From NCBI GenBank assembly GCA_964607485.1, contig CAZSKP010000008.1:64001-128000 (forward strand): DNA of 64,000 nt, given 5' to 3'. The position numbers were made by a program, and so were the translations under genes. Position 1 is the first letter of the stretch. Each line of letters begins with the position of its first letter. Positions 29,152-39,028 of this stretch are shown piece by piece. The notes under the pieces are model-generated. The model was not told where the DNA came from, did not search any database, and saw nothing but the letters and a program-made list of their open reading frames with translations. Source of the stretch: an uncultured bacterium (GTDB lineage Bacteria > Abyssobacteria > SURF-5).

Positions 29152-31659
29152 ATGATGGAAAAAGAAAAGTCGTCTCACGACGATCAAGCCCATCATCACT
29201 CACCTGAGACCCAGAAGAGCGCGGAAGCTCATGGGACAAAGGACCCCGTCTGCGGGATGTCGGTGAATCCGGAAGACTCAATCCGCTATGAACTGGACGG
29301 CAAGGTTTACCATTTCTGCAGCGAGGCCTGCCGTGACAAATTCGCGCAGAATCCGGGCGCCTATCTAAAGGACACAAAGGATGACCGTACACGCGAAACC
29401 GGGGGGCGCTTCGCCGAAACGAAGCCGGAGGCTCCGGAATATACGTGCCCCATGCATCCGGAGGTCCGGCAGAAGGAACCCGGCGCCTGCCCCAAGTGCG
29501 GTATGGCGCTCGAACCCGTCACTACAAGGCGGACCGAAGCCCGAGTCGAGTACACCTGTCCGATGCATCCGGAAGTCGTTCAAGACAAGCCGGGGAATTG
29601 CCCGAAGTGCGGCATGGCATTGGAAAAGAGGACGGCTGAGCCGGAAGAGGCGGAAAGCGCCGAACTTGCCGACATGACCCGGCGCTTTTGGATAAGCGTG
29701 ATCCTCACCGTTCCCGTGTTTGCCATAGCCATGTCGGAGGTGATTCCCGGCCAGCCTCTGCTCAGGTTCATACCCCGGCACCTCGTTTCATGGATCGAGT
29801 TGGCGCTGGCCACGCCGGTGGTGCTTTGGGGCGGATGGCCCTTCTTCCAGCGAGGATGGTCCTCCATAGTAAACTTCAGTCTTAACATGTTCACGTTGAT
29901 CGGATTGGGAACGGGCGCCGCGTATGCGTACAGCGTCATTGCGACGGTCGCGCCGGGGATATTCCCCGAATCGTTTCGCAACGAAGCGGGCGAGGTGGCG
30001 GTGTATTTCGAGGCCGCGGCGGTCATTGTGACGCTGGTGCTTCTCGGCCAGATGCTTGAGCTGAGGGCGCGAAGCCAGACCGGCTCGGCCATCAGGGCTC
30101 TGCTTGGACTTGCCTCAAAGACCGCTCGCCGCGTGCGGGACGACGGCACGGAGGAAGACATTCCGCTCGAAGAGGTGGCGGTGGGAGACCGTCTGCGGGT
30201 GCGCCCCGGCGAGAAAGTTCCGGTCGATGGCGCCATCATCGACGGGGGAAGCGCGATTGACGAGTCGATGATCACCGGAGAGCCGATACCGGTGGAAAAG
30301 AAAGAGGGAGACAGGGTCATCGGCGCAACCGTGAACGGCACCGGCTCATTCGTGATGAAGGCGGAACGAGTGGGGTCCGACACGCTCCTTGCCCAGATCG
30401 TTCATATGGTGGAAGAGGCGCAGCGAAGCCGCGCTCCAATCCAGAAATTGGCCGACGTAGTCGCGGGATATTTTGTCCCGGGCGTGGTCGGGGTGGCGGT
30501 GCTGACGTTCATCATCTGGAGCATAGTCGGTCCCTCGCCCCGTATGGGGCACGCACTGGTGAACGCCGTAGCCGTGCTCATAATCGCCTGTCCCTGCGCG
30601 CTCGGACTGGCCACGCCCATGTCCATCATGGTGTCCACGGGAAAAGGGGCGACGGCGGGTGTCTTGTTCAAGAACGCCGAGGCAATCGAGGTCATGCGCA
30701 AGGTTGACACACTCGTTGTGGACAAGACCGGCACTCTTACCGAGGGGAAACCGAAACTCGTCACTGTTCTGCCGGCCAAAGGATGGAGCGAAACGGATAT
30801 CCTGCGCCTGGCGGGTTCGCTGGAGCGGGGGAGCGAGCATCCTTTAGCCGCCGCAATAATCGCCGGCGCGGAAGAACGCCAGGTCGAGCTGGTCGGGGTG
30901 AAAGACTTTGAGTCGGTCACGGGAAAAGGAGTAAAGGGCGTCATAGAGGGACAATCGCTCGCTCTCGGAAATCAGAAGCTGCTCGAGGCGCTCGGCGTTG
31001 ATGCGGCAGGGCTGGGAACCGATGCAGAAGATCTCAGGTCCGAGGGGCAGACCGTCATGTTTCTGGTCGCCGATAGGTCGGTCGCCGGGTTGTTGGGAGT
31101 AGGCGACCCCATCAAGGGAACGACGCCGGAAGCCATCCGCGGGCTTGCGGACGAGGGTGTCCGCACGGTCATGCTCACGGGCGACAATAAGACGACGGCG
31201 CAGGCCGTCGCCAGAAAACTGGGCCTCGGAGAGGTGATAGCCGACGTGTTGCCCGACCAGAAGGCAGAGGCCGTGAAGCGCCTGCAAGGCGAGGGCCGAA
31301 TCGTAGCCATGGCGGGAGACGGTGTCAACGATGCGCCGGCATTGGCGCAGGCGCAAGTCGGGATCGCCATGGGAACGGGAACGGACGTGGCGATGGAGAG
31401 CGCGGGCGTGACGCTCGTGAAAGGCGACCTGCAGGGAATCGTTCGGGCGCGGCGCCTCAGCCAGGCGACAATGCGGAACATCAAACAGAACCTTTTCTTC
31501 GCCTTCATTTACAATTCTGTCGGCGTCCCAATCGCAGCAGGAATCCTGTATCCGTTCTTCGGCATTTTGCTCAGCCCCATGATTGCGGCGGCGGCCATGA
31601 GCTTCAGTTCCGTGTCGGTCGTGGGAAATGCATTGAGGCTGCGCAAGACATCGCTTTAG
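29152..31659 (+). CDS. copA: Cu(I)-translocating P1B-type ATPase with YHS and two CPMHP metal-binding domains
   Basis: KDPVCGM..HFCS (YHS), 2x [33 protein letters not shown] and MxxSS. Confidence 0.95.
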   Translation: MMEKEKSSHDDQAHHHSPETQKSAEAHGTKDPVCGMSVNPEDSIRYELDGKVYHFCSEACRDKFAQNPGAYLKDTKDDRTRETGGRFAETKPEAPEYTCPMHPEVRQKEPGACPKCGMALEPVTTRRTEARVEYTCPMHPEVVQDKPGNCPKCGMALEKRTAEPEEAESAELADMTRRFWISVILTVPVFAIAMSEVIPGQPLLRFIPRHLVSWIELALATPVVLWGGWPFFQRGWSSIVNFSLNMFTLIGLGTGAAYAYSVIATVAPGIFPESFRNEAGEVAVYFEAAAVIVTLVLLGQMLELRARSQTGSAIRALLGLASKTARRVRDDGTEEDIPLEEVAVGDRLRVRPGEKVPVDGAIIDGGSAIDESMITGEPIPVEKKEGDRVIGATVNGTGSFVMKAERVGSDTLLAQIVHMVEEAQRSRAPIQKLADVVAGYFVPGVVGVAVLTFIIWSIVGPSPRMGHALVNAVAVLIIACPCALGLATPMSIMVSTGKGATAGVLFKNAEAIEVMRKVDTLVVDKTGTLTEGKPKLVTVLPAKGWSETDILRLAGSLERGSEHPLAAAIIAGAEERQVELVGVKDFESVTGKGVKGVIEGQSLALGNQKLLEALGVDAAGLGTDAEDLRSEGQTVMFLVADRSVAGLLGVGDPIKGTTPEAIRGLADEGVRTVMLTGDNKTTAQAVARKLGLGEVIADVLPDQKAEAVKRLQGEGRIVAMAGDGVNDAPALAQAQVGIAMGTGTDVAMESAGVTLVKGDLQGIVRARRLSQATMRNIKQNLFFAFIYNSVGVPIAAGILYPFFGILLSPMIAAAAMSFSSVSVVGNALRLRKTSL

Positions 31660-31677
31660 TAGAGGAACAGACCCCGC

Positions 31678-31737
31678 AACTATAAAGAAACCGCCCAGCT
31701 AAGACACATCTGGACACGCCGCCGAAAAACTACGTAG
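31678..31737 (+). repeat. Diverged duplicate of the last 60 bp of murJ (28893-28952)
   Basis: 50/60 identical by manual alignment; encodes NYKETAQLRHIWTRRRKTT* versus NFEEAAQLKHIWTRRRKTT*. Confidence 0.9.
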
Positions 31738-31879
31738 CCGCGTTCCTTTCCCACTGACCGCCCGCGAAAGAGCAAAAAATAGGTATTATGTCCCCGGAAT
31801 TCTGGAATTCACTTGCCTGCTGGCGCTCTGTTCCAGAAGTACCTTTACAAATTCACCCGACGCACCGCTGACCGTTTAT

Positions 31880-31935
31880 GTCATTCCCACGAAAGTGGGA
31901 ATCCAGTTTGTAAAGAAAAATCTTGGATCCCCCAC
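31880..31935. repeat. Partial GTC-type REP (GTCATTCCCACGAAAGTGGGAATCCA...TGGATCCC)
   Basis: Left hairpin intact, right arm decayed. Confidence 0.6.
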
Positions 31936-31946
31936 CTTCCCCGTTC

Positions 31947-32540
31947 CTATCTGCCCACTAAGAACATGTCAACAACTGCTTTGTTAAATTCTCCGTTTAA
32001 CAAATCTTCGGGTGGCTTGTCTGTCAACGTAGCCCATTCATTGTGGGCTTTAAAAATTATACTGTTCACGGTTTTGTTGAGTGTTATGTCAACGACTTCT
32101 ATTTTCACTTCTACCTTGTCTGCCCTTCCGCTCCAAGGAGTATTCCTGTCTTCCCAATGTAGAATTGTAGGAACAACTAGAAACTGGATGTCTTGCTCTT
32201 TACATAGAAGTATAGCGTGCTCTCTATCCTTTGTATTAAACCTTTCTACTTGCGAAAAGAGGCCTAATAGTGCTGCCTGCACTTTATTAGCAACAACAAT
32301 GCCGCTTCCCAAGTATACTTTAGTTTTCTCAGTGGTTTTCGCTGTCCGTGACGTCATGTTGCCCACATCATCATGATAAATAAATGTATGGCTCCCATCA
32401 TCCGTCAGCATTACTGCAATCTTCTCACTATGATTGAATGTTATTGGGTTGAGACTGTCGTCCCTAAGAGTCTTCTGCATTCTGGCATAGCAACCACTTG
32501 CGAACATCAATATCGAGATTACAAGAATTATCTTCCTCAT
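31947..32540 (-). CDS. DUF4823-like lipoprotein
   Basis: Lipobox ASGC; YLGSG, PTILHWEDRNTPWSG..D.VEVKI; AT-rich. Confidence 0.75.
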   Translation of the reverse strand: MRKIILVISILMFASGCYARMQKTLRDDSLNPITFNHSEKIAVMLTDDGSHTFIYHDDVGNMTSRTAKTTEKTKVYLGSGIVVANKVQAALLGLFSQVERFNTKDREHAILLCKEQDIQFLVVPTILHWEDRNTPWSGRADKVEVKIEVVDITLNKTVNSIIFKAHNEWATLTDKPPEDLLNGEFNKAVVDMFLVGR

Positions 32541-32666
32541 CCGTTTCTCCCTTGTCGTCTTCTTCCATTTACAGTTATGCTTCGATCCCCTTCAGACCTT
32601 AATGAGAGAGCAAAACTTAGAGATTATGTCCTCGGAACAGCTTCCGCGCCCTCTCTGATTCGCCCG

Positions 32667-33314
32667 TTAAAGGCCTATTCGGTTCACAAGTTCTGACGGT
32701 TTTACAACGTAACTGAGAACACGACTTTTCTGCTTTCGAGCAAGTCTTATCAGCTTGAAGTCTAGTGTTAAGAAATAGTCACATTCATTATGTTCCGCGC
32801 ACCATAAGTGAAACGCATCCAGAAGCTGGTTCCGGCAAAATTTTCCCGGCCCTTGATAGGCTCCGACTATTTTCTGTAATTCGAGAAAACGTTGATTCTT
32901 GATTGATGATAGAAATCGGAATTGCATCTCCCTGGCATCAAAACCTGACGCATTAAGGACCCTGCCGTATTTTATCGGAGCATCTACAAGCTCATACGGC
33001 GCACCATAGAATTTCCCTGTTTCGCTATCCATCTTGGGTATTCCCCAGCTCTCGAAAAGAGTTTCCGCCTGAACGACGTACTTGACACTACCGGTCTTCC
33101 CCGCATCGGCTAACGATGGTAGTAATTCAGTCTCTGACTTCAAGTCAGGATTGTCAATGGTATCGTTTGGGTTAACGCGGACAGACTCATGTACGGTTAC
33201 ATCAAATACTTGACCACCCCAATTGATCTTTTGCTTTCTTGGACACAATCTGGGTAGTTGAGTTGCTGAAAACTTCAAGACGGTCGTATCTATATATACC
33301 TTTGGGGGTATCAT
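32667..33314 (-). CDS. PIN-like domain protein
   Basis: VYIDTTVL at N-term, LDAFHLWCAE and YFLTLDFKL at C-term match the PIN acidic-site layout. Confidence 0.55.
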   Translation of the reverse strand: MIPPKVYIDTTVLKFSATQLPRLCPRKQKINWGGQVFDVTVHESVRVNPNDTIDNPDLKSETELLPSLADAGKTGSVKYVVQAETLFESWGIPKMDSETGKFYGAPYELVDAPIKYGRVLNASGFDAREMQFRFLSSIKNQRFLELQKIVGAYQGPGKFCRNQLLDAFHLWCAEHNECDYFLTLDFKLIRLARKQKSRVLSYVVKPSELVNRIGL

Positions 33315-33362
33315 GGGTCATTTCCGCAACATAGGTACGCGTTTGGGGTCTGACCTCGCTTC

Positions 33363-33674
33363 TTAGATGTTTTCTCGTCGATCGTCTTTAGCCATCCGAT
33401 TCGCGCAACGGCTACAATAGCCGTCGTTCATCCAAAGGCCGATCAGTTCGTGCCCTTCGACATCATGGTTTCCGCACTTGCATTTCCGCATGAGCCATTC
33501 GTCCACAACGTAAGTCTTGAAAACGTGAAGCTGTTTTTCAGACAGACTATTCAATCCGTCTGTCATCACCTGCTTTGTGATTCCCGCAGATGCTTTCTCC
33601 AGCTCGTACTCGATCAAAAAATTCAACGCTTCCTCGTCGAGGAGTGAGGAGTCGAAGTCTTCTCGCCAATCCAT
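33363..33674 (-). CDS. Small hypothetical protein with Cys pairs (CKCG..CSRC)
   Basis: RBS GAGGAGG; 103 aa; AT-rich. Confidence 0.65.
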   Translation of the reverse strand: MDWREDFDSSLLDEEALNFLIEYELEKASAGITKQVMTDGLNSLSEKQLHVFKTYVVDEWLMRKCKCGNHDVEGHELIGLWMNDGYCSRCANRMAKDDRRENI

Positions 33675-33777
33675 CTTGCACCTCCTCTTGTAGGCGAACT
33701 AGTTCTTAGTTGGCTGGTCTTTTGAGTGCTGGGGAAAGACACGCCCCATTTGATGCGGTTGTTCGACTAGAAAATTA

Positions 33778-34437
33778 CTATTCAATCTGTTGCGTAAGAA
33801 TTGCCAAGATTTCTTGTTCAAGTTTCCCGTTTGGCTGGCAGAGAGTCCCGCTGAAAGACCCTGAACCGGGAAATCTGGCTTGCTGTCCAGAGACGAAAGA
33901 AATCGTATCTGAGAAGTTGCTGGATGCACCTTGGACATTTCTTGCGGTGATGGATTTTGTCAAGACATATTTTGTGTTGACTGTAATTTGACATGTCTTT
34001 GATGAAATCTCTTCAATGATTATATTTATTCTTCCTTCAAGATTCATTCGACGCTCTATGAAAAAAAGTCCGCCCCCATGTTCCATGTCCATCACTTCGT
34101 ACGTTTGATGAGCCCTTGCGGCTGGGAAATCATACACTCTTTCTCCTCGTGCATTCTTCACATATGAATTGACCTGACCGCAATCAACATATTTTTCTGG
34201 ATCGCCGCTATAACTTACGTTGATAATGCCAGAGTCTTTATCCAAATTATTTATTACAAAGAAGCTCTTACCTAAAGCAGGAATAATTCTTTTCCAAAAC
34301 TCATCTTTGCTCATACTGATGGTGACCGAATTATGGGGTAGAGGATTTGTCGTTGGTGGGAAATATTGAAATCTCCCTGCACAAGCTGCAAAAAACGACA
34401 CAAGGGACAGTGTTAAGAAAATCTTGGCCTTCGACAT
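33778..34437 (-). CDS. Hypothetical lipoprotein
   Basis: Lipobox FAAC; AT-rich 219-aa ORF. Confidence 0.7.
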   Translation of the reverse strand: MSKAKIFLTLSLVSFFAACAGRFQYFPPTTNPLPHNSVTISMSKDEFWKRIIPALGKSFFVINNLDKDSGIINVSYSGDPEKYVDCGQVNSYVKNARGERVYDFPAARAHQTYEVMDMEHGGGLFFIERRMNLEGRINIIIEEISSKTCQITVNTKYVLTKSITARNVQGASSNFSDTISFVSGQQARFPGSGSFSGTLCQPNGKLEQEILAILTQQIE

Positions 34438-34511
34438 TTGCTGCCTTTCTTCCAACACCTTAGGGGTGTATCCAGTTCTGACTCCTTTTCCCCGGCAGCT
34501 TTCCCGAGTCT

Positions 34512-34856
34512 TCAGGCTTCATAAACGACTTTCCCATTGCGCAGGATTTCTCGGTAAATCATACCCGGCCGGTCCTTCAATTGCTCCCACCTTGTCCGCG
34601 GTACGACGAGAATATCCATGGGCATGGAAATGCCGCGCAAGGCCCGACGGATGCGAACGCTTTCCTTCCGGGGGCTTTTGACATCATCGCCGGTAACCAC
34701 AAGGATATCGAGGTCGCTGTTGATGGTGCCGCCGCCCGTGACATAGGAGCCAAACAGAATGATCCTGAGCGGTCGGGCTGTCTCGATGACCCGGCGGACG
34801 GCCTGTTCGACTTTCTCCGGCGTCACCGCCCAGTCGCATTCCCTTTTTGCTTCCAT
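34512..34856 (-). CDS. Minimal nucleotidyltransferase (MNT, MntA-like antitoxin)
   Basis: IILFGSY..SDLDILVV..PMDILV..GKVVYE. Confidence 0.9.
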   Translation of the reverse strand: MEAKRECDWAVTPEKVEQAVRRVIETARPLRIILFGSYVTGGGTINSDLDILVVTGDDVKSPRKESVRIRRALRGISMPMDILVVPRTRWEQLKDRPGMIYREILRNGKVVYEA

Positions 34857-34966
34857 GTTGCGTTCACCTCGCGGATGAAAACGAAATCAATTGAAAGTAT
34901 ACTCAAACTTAAATAACGGCGTCAAGCGGAAAAAACGTGCACTCAAGCAAATAGGTCGGGCATGCG

Positions 34967-35755
34967 TCACTTCACCGGCTTCTTTTCTATAAACGCGTAT
35001 GCGTTGTGGTTGTGGATGCTCTCGAAGTTTTCCGATGCCACGGCGAACCAGGTGATGTTGGGGTCGGAGTCGAGTTTTTGGGCGATTTCGCGCACGACGT
35101 CCTCGGCGAACATCGGGCGCGAATAGGCCTTCTCGGTCACGTATTTCTCATCTTCGCGCTTCAAGAGCGAGTAGAGCTCGCAGCTTGCCGAGTCCTCGAC
35201 CAGCGCGATCACGTCCTCTATCCAGACGAACTCCTTGAACTTGAGCTGGACGGTGACGAGGCTGCGCTGGTTGTGAGCGCTTTGCTCGCTTATCTCCTTC
35301 GAGCAGGGGCACAGGTTGGTCACCGGCACGTTGACCTCCAGGGTGAAGTCGAGCGAGCCCTTGTGTGTCGCGATGAATCTGCAGCGATACTCCGTGAGGC
35401 TTTTCGCTCCGGAGACGGGCGCGGCCTTTTCGACGAAGTAGGGGAAGCTCATCTCGAGGTGAGCGCTGTCGGCGTCGAGCGCCTTCTCAACCTCGCGAAG
35501 AAGCTCCTCCATGTGGTGCGCCGACATGCGGCCGCGATGCTTGTTGAGAACCTCGATGAAGCGGCTCATGTGCGTGCCGCGGAATCGATGCGGCAGGTTG
35601 ACGTAGATGTTGATGTCGGCGACGGTGTGCTGTTCTCTCCTGGCCTTGTCGCGGACGACTATCGGATATTTGACGTCCTTCACGCCGACCTTGTCCACCT
35701 CCACATGGTGGTTGGCCGGCTCGCTCTGTACGTCTCTCATCTTCTTCTTCGACAA
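34967..35755 (-). CDS. folE2: GTP cyclohydrolase IB
   Basis: DVQ, RGTHMSRF, LCPCSKEIS, AHNQRS, LLKREDEK, ESIHNHNAYA. Confidence 0.95.
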   Translation of the reverse strand: MSKKKMRDVQSEPANHHVEVDKVGVKDVKYPIVVRDKARREQHTVADINIYVNLPHRFRGTHMSRFIEVLNKHRGRMSAHHMEELLREVEKALDADSAHLEMSFPYFVEKAAPVSGAKSLTEYRCRFIATHKGSLDFTLEVNVPVTNLCPCSKEISEQSAHNQRSLVTVQLKFKEFVWIEDVIALVEDSASCELYSLLKREDEKYVTEKAYSRPMFAEDVVREIAQKLDSDPNITWFAVASENFESIHNHNAYAFIEKKPVK

Positions 35756-35780
35756 GTTAATCTACCTTCCTTCGATGTTA

Positions 35781-35850
35781 TTCACCGCAAAGGCACCAAG
35801 GAAGAAAGGAAGCAAAGATTCTCTTTGTGTCTCTGTGCCTTGGTGGTAAA
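35781..35850. repeat. Imperfect intergenic palindrome (CACCGCAAAGGCAC...GTGCCTTGGTGG)
   Basis: Inverted arms between queC and folE2; REP-like. Confidence 0.5.
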
Positions 35851-35898
35851 TGTTTTTCTTTGACTATGATGAATGTATGGTTGACCCATCTGGACTAC

Positions 35899-36588
35899 TC
35901 AGATTTGTGTTCCAGAGTTTCTTACGTTCAAAATGGGGTCGGAAACTCCGGCCTCCTCGAATCCTCGTGCCCTGAGCGCGCAGCTGTCGCACTCGCCGCA
36001 CGGCACGTCGCTGTTCTTGTAGCACGACCACGTCAGGTGCAGCGGCGCGTCGAGCTTGACGCCGAGCCTGATTATCTCCGCCTTCTTCATCTTTATCAGT
36101 GGGGCGACGACCTCGATACGCGTTTCGGGCTTCGTGCCGACCCGAATCAGTTCGTTGAAGGCGTCGTAATAGACCTCGCGGCAGTCCGGATAGCCCGAGC
36201 TGTCGGGTTCGACCGCTCCTATGTATATCTTCGCCGCGCCTATCACCTCGGCCCATGAGACGGCGACGGCGAGGAAGTGCGTGTTCCTGAACGGCACGTA
36301 GCTCGACGGGATGCCCGCCCGTCGCAGGTCGGCCCGCTCCACCCGCATGTCGGGGTCGGTCAGGCTCGAGCCGCCGATTGCGCGGAGGTAGCCGATGTCG
36401 GCCACGAGCGTGCGCCCGACGCCGTAGTGCCCGGCTATCTCACGGAAGGCGCGCAGCTCGCGCTGCTGCGTCCGCTGGCCGTAGCTCACGTGGAGCATCG
36501 CGAGTTCGTGGTCCCGCGCCGCCACGGCGGCAGCCACGCAGCTATCCATCCCTCCGCTCACGAGCGCTATCGCGAGTTCGCGCGCCAC
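35899..36588 (-). CDS. queC: 7-cyano-7-deazaguanine synthase
   Basis: SGGMDS, YGQR, YVPFRN, GYPDCR, TWSCY..CGECDSC. Confidence 0.95.
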   Translation of the reverse strand: MARELAIALVSGGMDSCVAAAVAARDHELAMLHVSYGQRTQQRELRAFREIAGHYGVGRTLVADIGYLRAIGGSSLTDPDMRVERADLRRAGIPSSYVPFRNTHFLAVAVSWAEVIGAAKIYIGAVEPDSSGYPDCREVYYDAFNELIRVGTKPETRIEVVAPLIKMKKAEIIRLGVKLDAPLHLTWSCYKNSDVPCGECDSCALRARGFEEAGVSDPILNVRNSGTQI

Positions 36589-36591
36589 CGC

Positions 36592-37242
36592 TCACACACC
36601 TCTTTCGACCCGCGGCCAAATGTATTTGTGAAGCTGCAAGTGAAGCCGCACGTTTGAAACGTCGTTGGGTGCCGGCGACGCGAGCATCCACGACGCCAGC
36701 TCCGACGGCTCCAATACGCCGAACGCGGGCGACAGGTGCACGGTGTGTTTCTCATACAGGCGATGTTCTTCCATGATTTCAACCGCCCAGTCGTAGTCGG
36801 CCCGGTCGATGAGCACGAACTTTACTTCGTCGCGAGGTCTGAGCAGGCCGAGATTGTCCCAGAGCATATGCTCCGACATGCCGCTGCCGGGACACTTGAT
36901 GTCCATGATCGTCGTGGCCCTGGCGTCTATGCCCTGGAGGGATACGCTGCCGTTCGTCTCGAGCAGAACCTTGTAGCGCCGGTCGGCAAGCGCGGTGACG
37001 AGCGCGAGGGTTTCCGGCTGCAACAGCGGTTCGCCGCCGGTTATCTCGACCAGCCCCGTCGGGAACCGGGTCACGGCGTCAATCACCTGTTCCGGTGTCT
37101 GTTCCTCGCCCTCCTCGTACGCGTATCGCGTGTCGCAGTAGCTGCACCGCAGGTTGCAGCCCGTGAGCCGGACGAACGCGCACGGAAGCCCGGCGTACGT
37201 GGATTCGCCTTGAATGCTGAAGAAAATCTCATTTATCTTCAA
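36592..37242 (-). CDS. queE: 7-carboxy-7-deazaguanine synthase (radical SAM)
   Basis: EIFFSIQGE, GCNLRCSYCDT, TGGEP, QLHKYIW. Confidence 0.95.
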   Translation of the reverse strand: MKINEIFFSIQGESTYAGLPCAFVRLTGCNLRCSYCDTRYAYEEGEEQTPEQVIDAVTRFPTGLVEITGGEPLLQPETLALVTALADRRYKVLLETNGSVSLQGIDARATTIMDIKCPGSGMSEHMLWDNLGLLRPRDEVKFVLIDRADYDWAVEIMEEHRLYEKHTVHLSPAFGVLEPSELASWMLASPAPNDVSNVRLHLQLHKYIWPRVERGV

Positions 37243-37615
37243 CGCTGTCCTCGAAGTAGCTTGCGCACGATGATTCCGCCTCGCGGACGTTTACCCGCGT
37301 GACGGCGAGGCCTTTCGTGTTTATCCGCTTGCCGACCTGTTCGTACACCCACCGCGCGAGGTTTTCGGAAGTCGGATTAATCTTGTCGAACGGGGGGACT
37401 TCGTTCAGGTTGCTATGGTCGAGCCGGGAGAGCGCCTCGGAGGCGGCCTGCTTGACGTCGGCGAAGTCCACGAGCATCCCGTTCGGCTTGAGCGCGTCTC
37501 CGGCGGCGACGACCTCGACGACCCAGTTGTGTCCGTGCAATTTGCTGCACGGGCCTTCGTAGTCGCGCAGGCTGTGGGCCGCCGAAAACGTGCATTTTAC
37601 CGTCAATTCGTACAT
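37229..37615 (-). CDS. queD: 6-carboxytetrahydropterin synthase
   Basis: FSAAHSL..CSKLHGHNW, DF, LDHSNLN, PTSENLA. Confidence 0.95.
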   Translation of the reverse strand: MYELTVKCTFSAAHSLRDYEGPCSKLHGHNWVVEVVAAGDALKPNGMLVDFADVKQAASEALSRLDHSNLNEVPPFDKINPTSENLARWVYEQVGKRINTKGLAVTRVNVREAESSCASYFEDSVEDK

Positions 37616-37824
37616 CTTTTGCGTATCCTTATCGACGAGGATTTTCCGCCTCCATTTTAGCACAGCGCACCCGACCGTTCAACTTGCGTTCGTATCTCCG
37701 CTTGGCAACCAATAGCTCGATGATATATACTTCGGAAACGGCGGGTGGACATGTGCGATGGGGAGTGTACTGCTATCTGTGAAATTGGTTAATTCCTGTC
37801 GTGGTTTTCATGCTGCGTCCTGTT

Positions 37825-37995
37825 GTAGGGGCGCACGGCCGTGCGCCCTTACAGAAATATCCGCGAGAGCGATGGGGTGCGAGGATGGAAGATTTGAGGA
37901 CAGAAAGACTGTCCGAGAATCACGTAGGTGCGAATTCATTCGCACAAAGGATGCGAGAAAGGCCGGAAATGCTGTGCGAATGAATTCGCACCTAC
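37825..37995. repeat. GTAG-type REP cluster
   Basis: GTAGGGGCGCACGGCCGTGCGCCCTTAC (37825-37852); inverted pair GTAGGTGCGAATTCATTCGCAC (37924-37945 / 37974-37995). Confidence 0.85.
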
Positions 37996-38047
37996 GGGAC
38001 GTGCCTTCGAATGCCCAGTTATCGGACAGATTCGGGAGGAGGAGCAG

Positions 38048-38908
38048 ATGATAATAGACGTTCACATACACCCATTTTGCAAAGAGGCGACGGTGTTGCC
38101 CAACCCGGAGGAAGCGATGAAGCGGATGTATGCCGGGGCGGAAGAGCGGTTTGAGCCGCTGCTGGCGGGGTTCCGCTGGGTGTTCGAGCACAAGTCGCTC
38201 GACGACATCATCCGTGAAATGGACGAGGCCGGCATCGACAAGGCGGTCATCGTGGCGGCCGACTATTCGAGCGCGTACGGGACCGTCGTTGTCACGAACG
38301 AAGACGTCGCCCGGATGGCGAAGCTTCATCCCGACCGGTTCATCCCTTTCTGCAGCGTGGACCCCTCGTTCGGCCGCGTCGCCGTTGATAAATTGGAGTT
38401 TGCGGTCACGGAGCTTGGGGCGCGCGGGCTAAAGCTCGTGCCGCCGATGCAGGGATTCAGGTTCGACGACCCGCGCCACGAGCCGCTGTGGCGAAAGGCG
38501 GCCGAGCTCGACATCGTCGTCTGGACTCACGCGGCGCATCAGAGCAGCACGCCCGGCACCGACGCCCGGCTGGGCCAGCCGATACTGGTCGAGCCGGTGG
38601 CGATGAAATTTCCGAACCTGCGGATAGTTCTCGGACACTGCGGGTTCCCGTGGGTGTGGGAATCGTGGTCGCTGGCCGTCCGATACCCGAACGTGTATGT
38701 GGACATCTCGGCGTTCAAGGAATTGTACGGGCAATTCCCGTGGGATGCCTATACTGCCAAGGCCGTCGAGCACAAGCTGCTGTTCGCGACGGACAACCCG
38801 CTGTCGGGTTTCGGCGAGTGCGTGGAGGCGGTGCGGGCGCTGCCGATAGGCGATGAGTTCAGGACTGCGATTTTCGGGACAAACGCACAGGCGCTCCTGC
38901 GGCTGTGA
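38048..38908 (+). CDS. Amidohydrolase 2 family protein
   Basis: IDVHIH, GLKL, VLGHCG, NVYVDIS, LFATDNP; RBS GGAGGAG. Confidence 0.9.
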   Translation: MIIDVHIHPFCKEATVLPNPEEAMKRMYAGAEERFEPLLAGFRWVFEHKSLDDIIREMDEAGIDKAVIVAADYSSAYGTVVVTNEDVARMAKLHPDRFIPFCSVDPSFGRVAVDKLEFAVTELGARGLKLVPPMQGFRFDDPRHEPLWRKAAELDIVVWTHAAHQSSTPGTDARLGQPILVEPVAMKFPNLRIVLGHCGFPWVWESWSLAVRYPNVYVDISAFKELYGQFPWDAYTAKAVEHKLLFATDNPLSGFGECVEAVRALPIGDEFRTAIFGTNAQALLRL

Positions 38909-38967
38909 ATTGGAGCAAACGCATCACCTAGTTACGCGTTTCCCCAATTACGCGACCCCATGATCAT

Positions 38968-38995
38968 GTAGGGGCGCACGGCCGTGCGCCCTTAC
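38968..38995. repeat. GTAG-type REP, identical to 37825-37852
   Basis: GTAGGGGCGCACGGCCGTGCGCCCTTAC. Confidence 0.85.
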
Positions 38996-39028
38996 AAGAG
39001 CCGACAAGAACAAAATTGAAAAGAACCA

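Noticed and set aside
34967-37615. 7-deazaguanine DNA modification (dpd) island
   Set aside because: No dpdA/TGT-like or other dpd genes; que genes have host-like composition, so ordinary preQ0/queuosine synthesis is simpler
37616-37690. preQ1 riboswitch upstream of queD
   Set aside because: A TTGAAC-17-TAAAAT promoter lies about 40 nt from the start codon and no preQ1 aptamer pattern is visible
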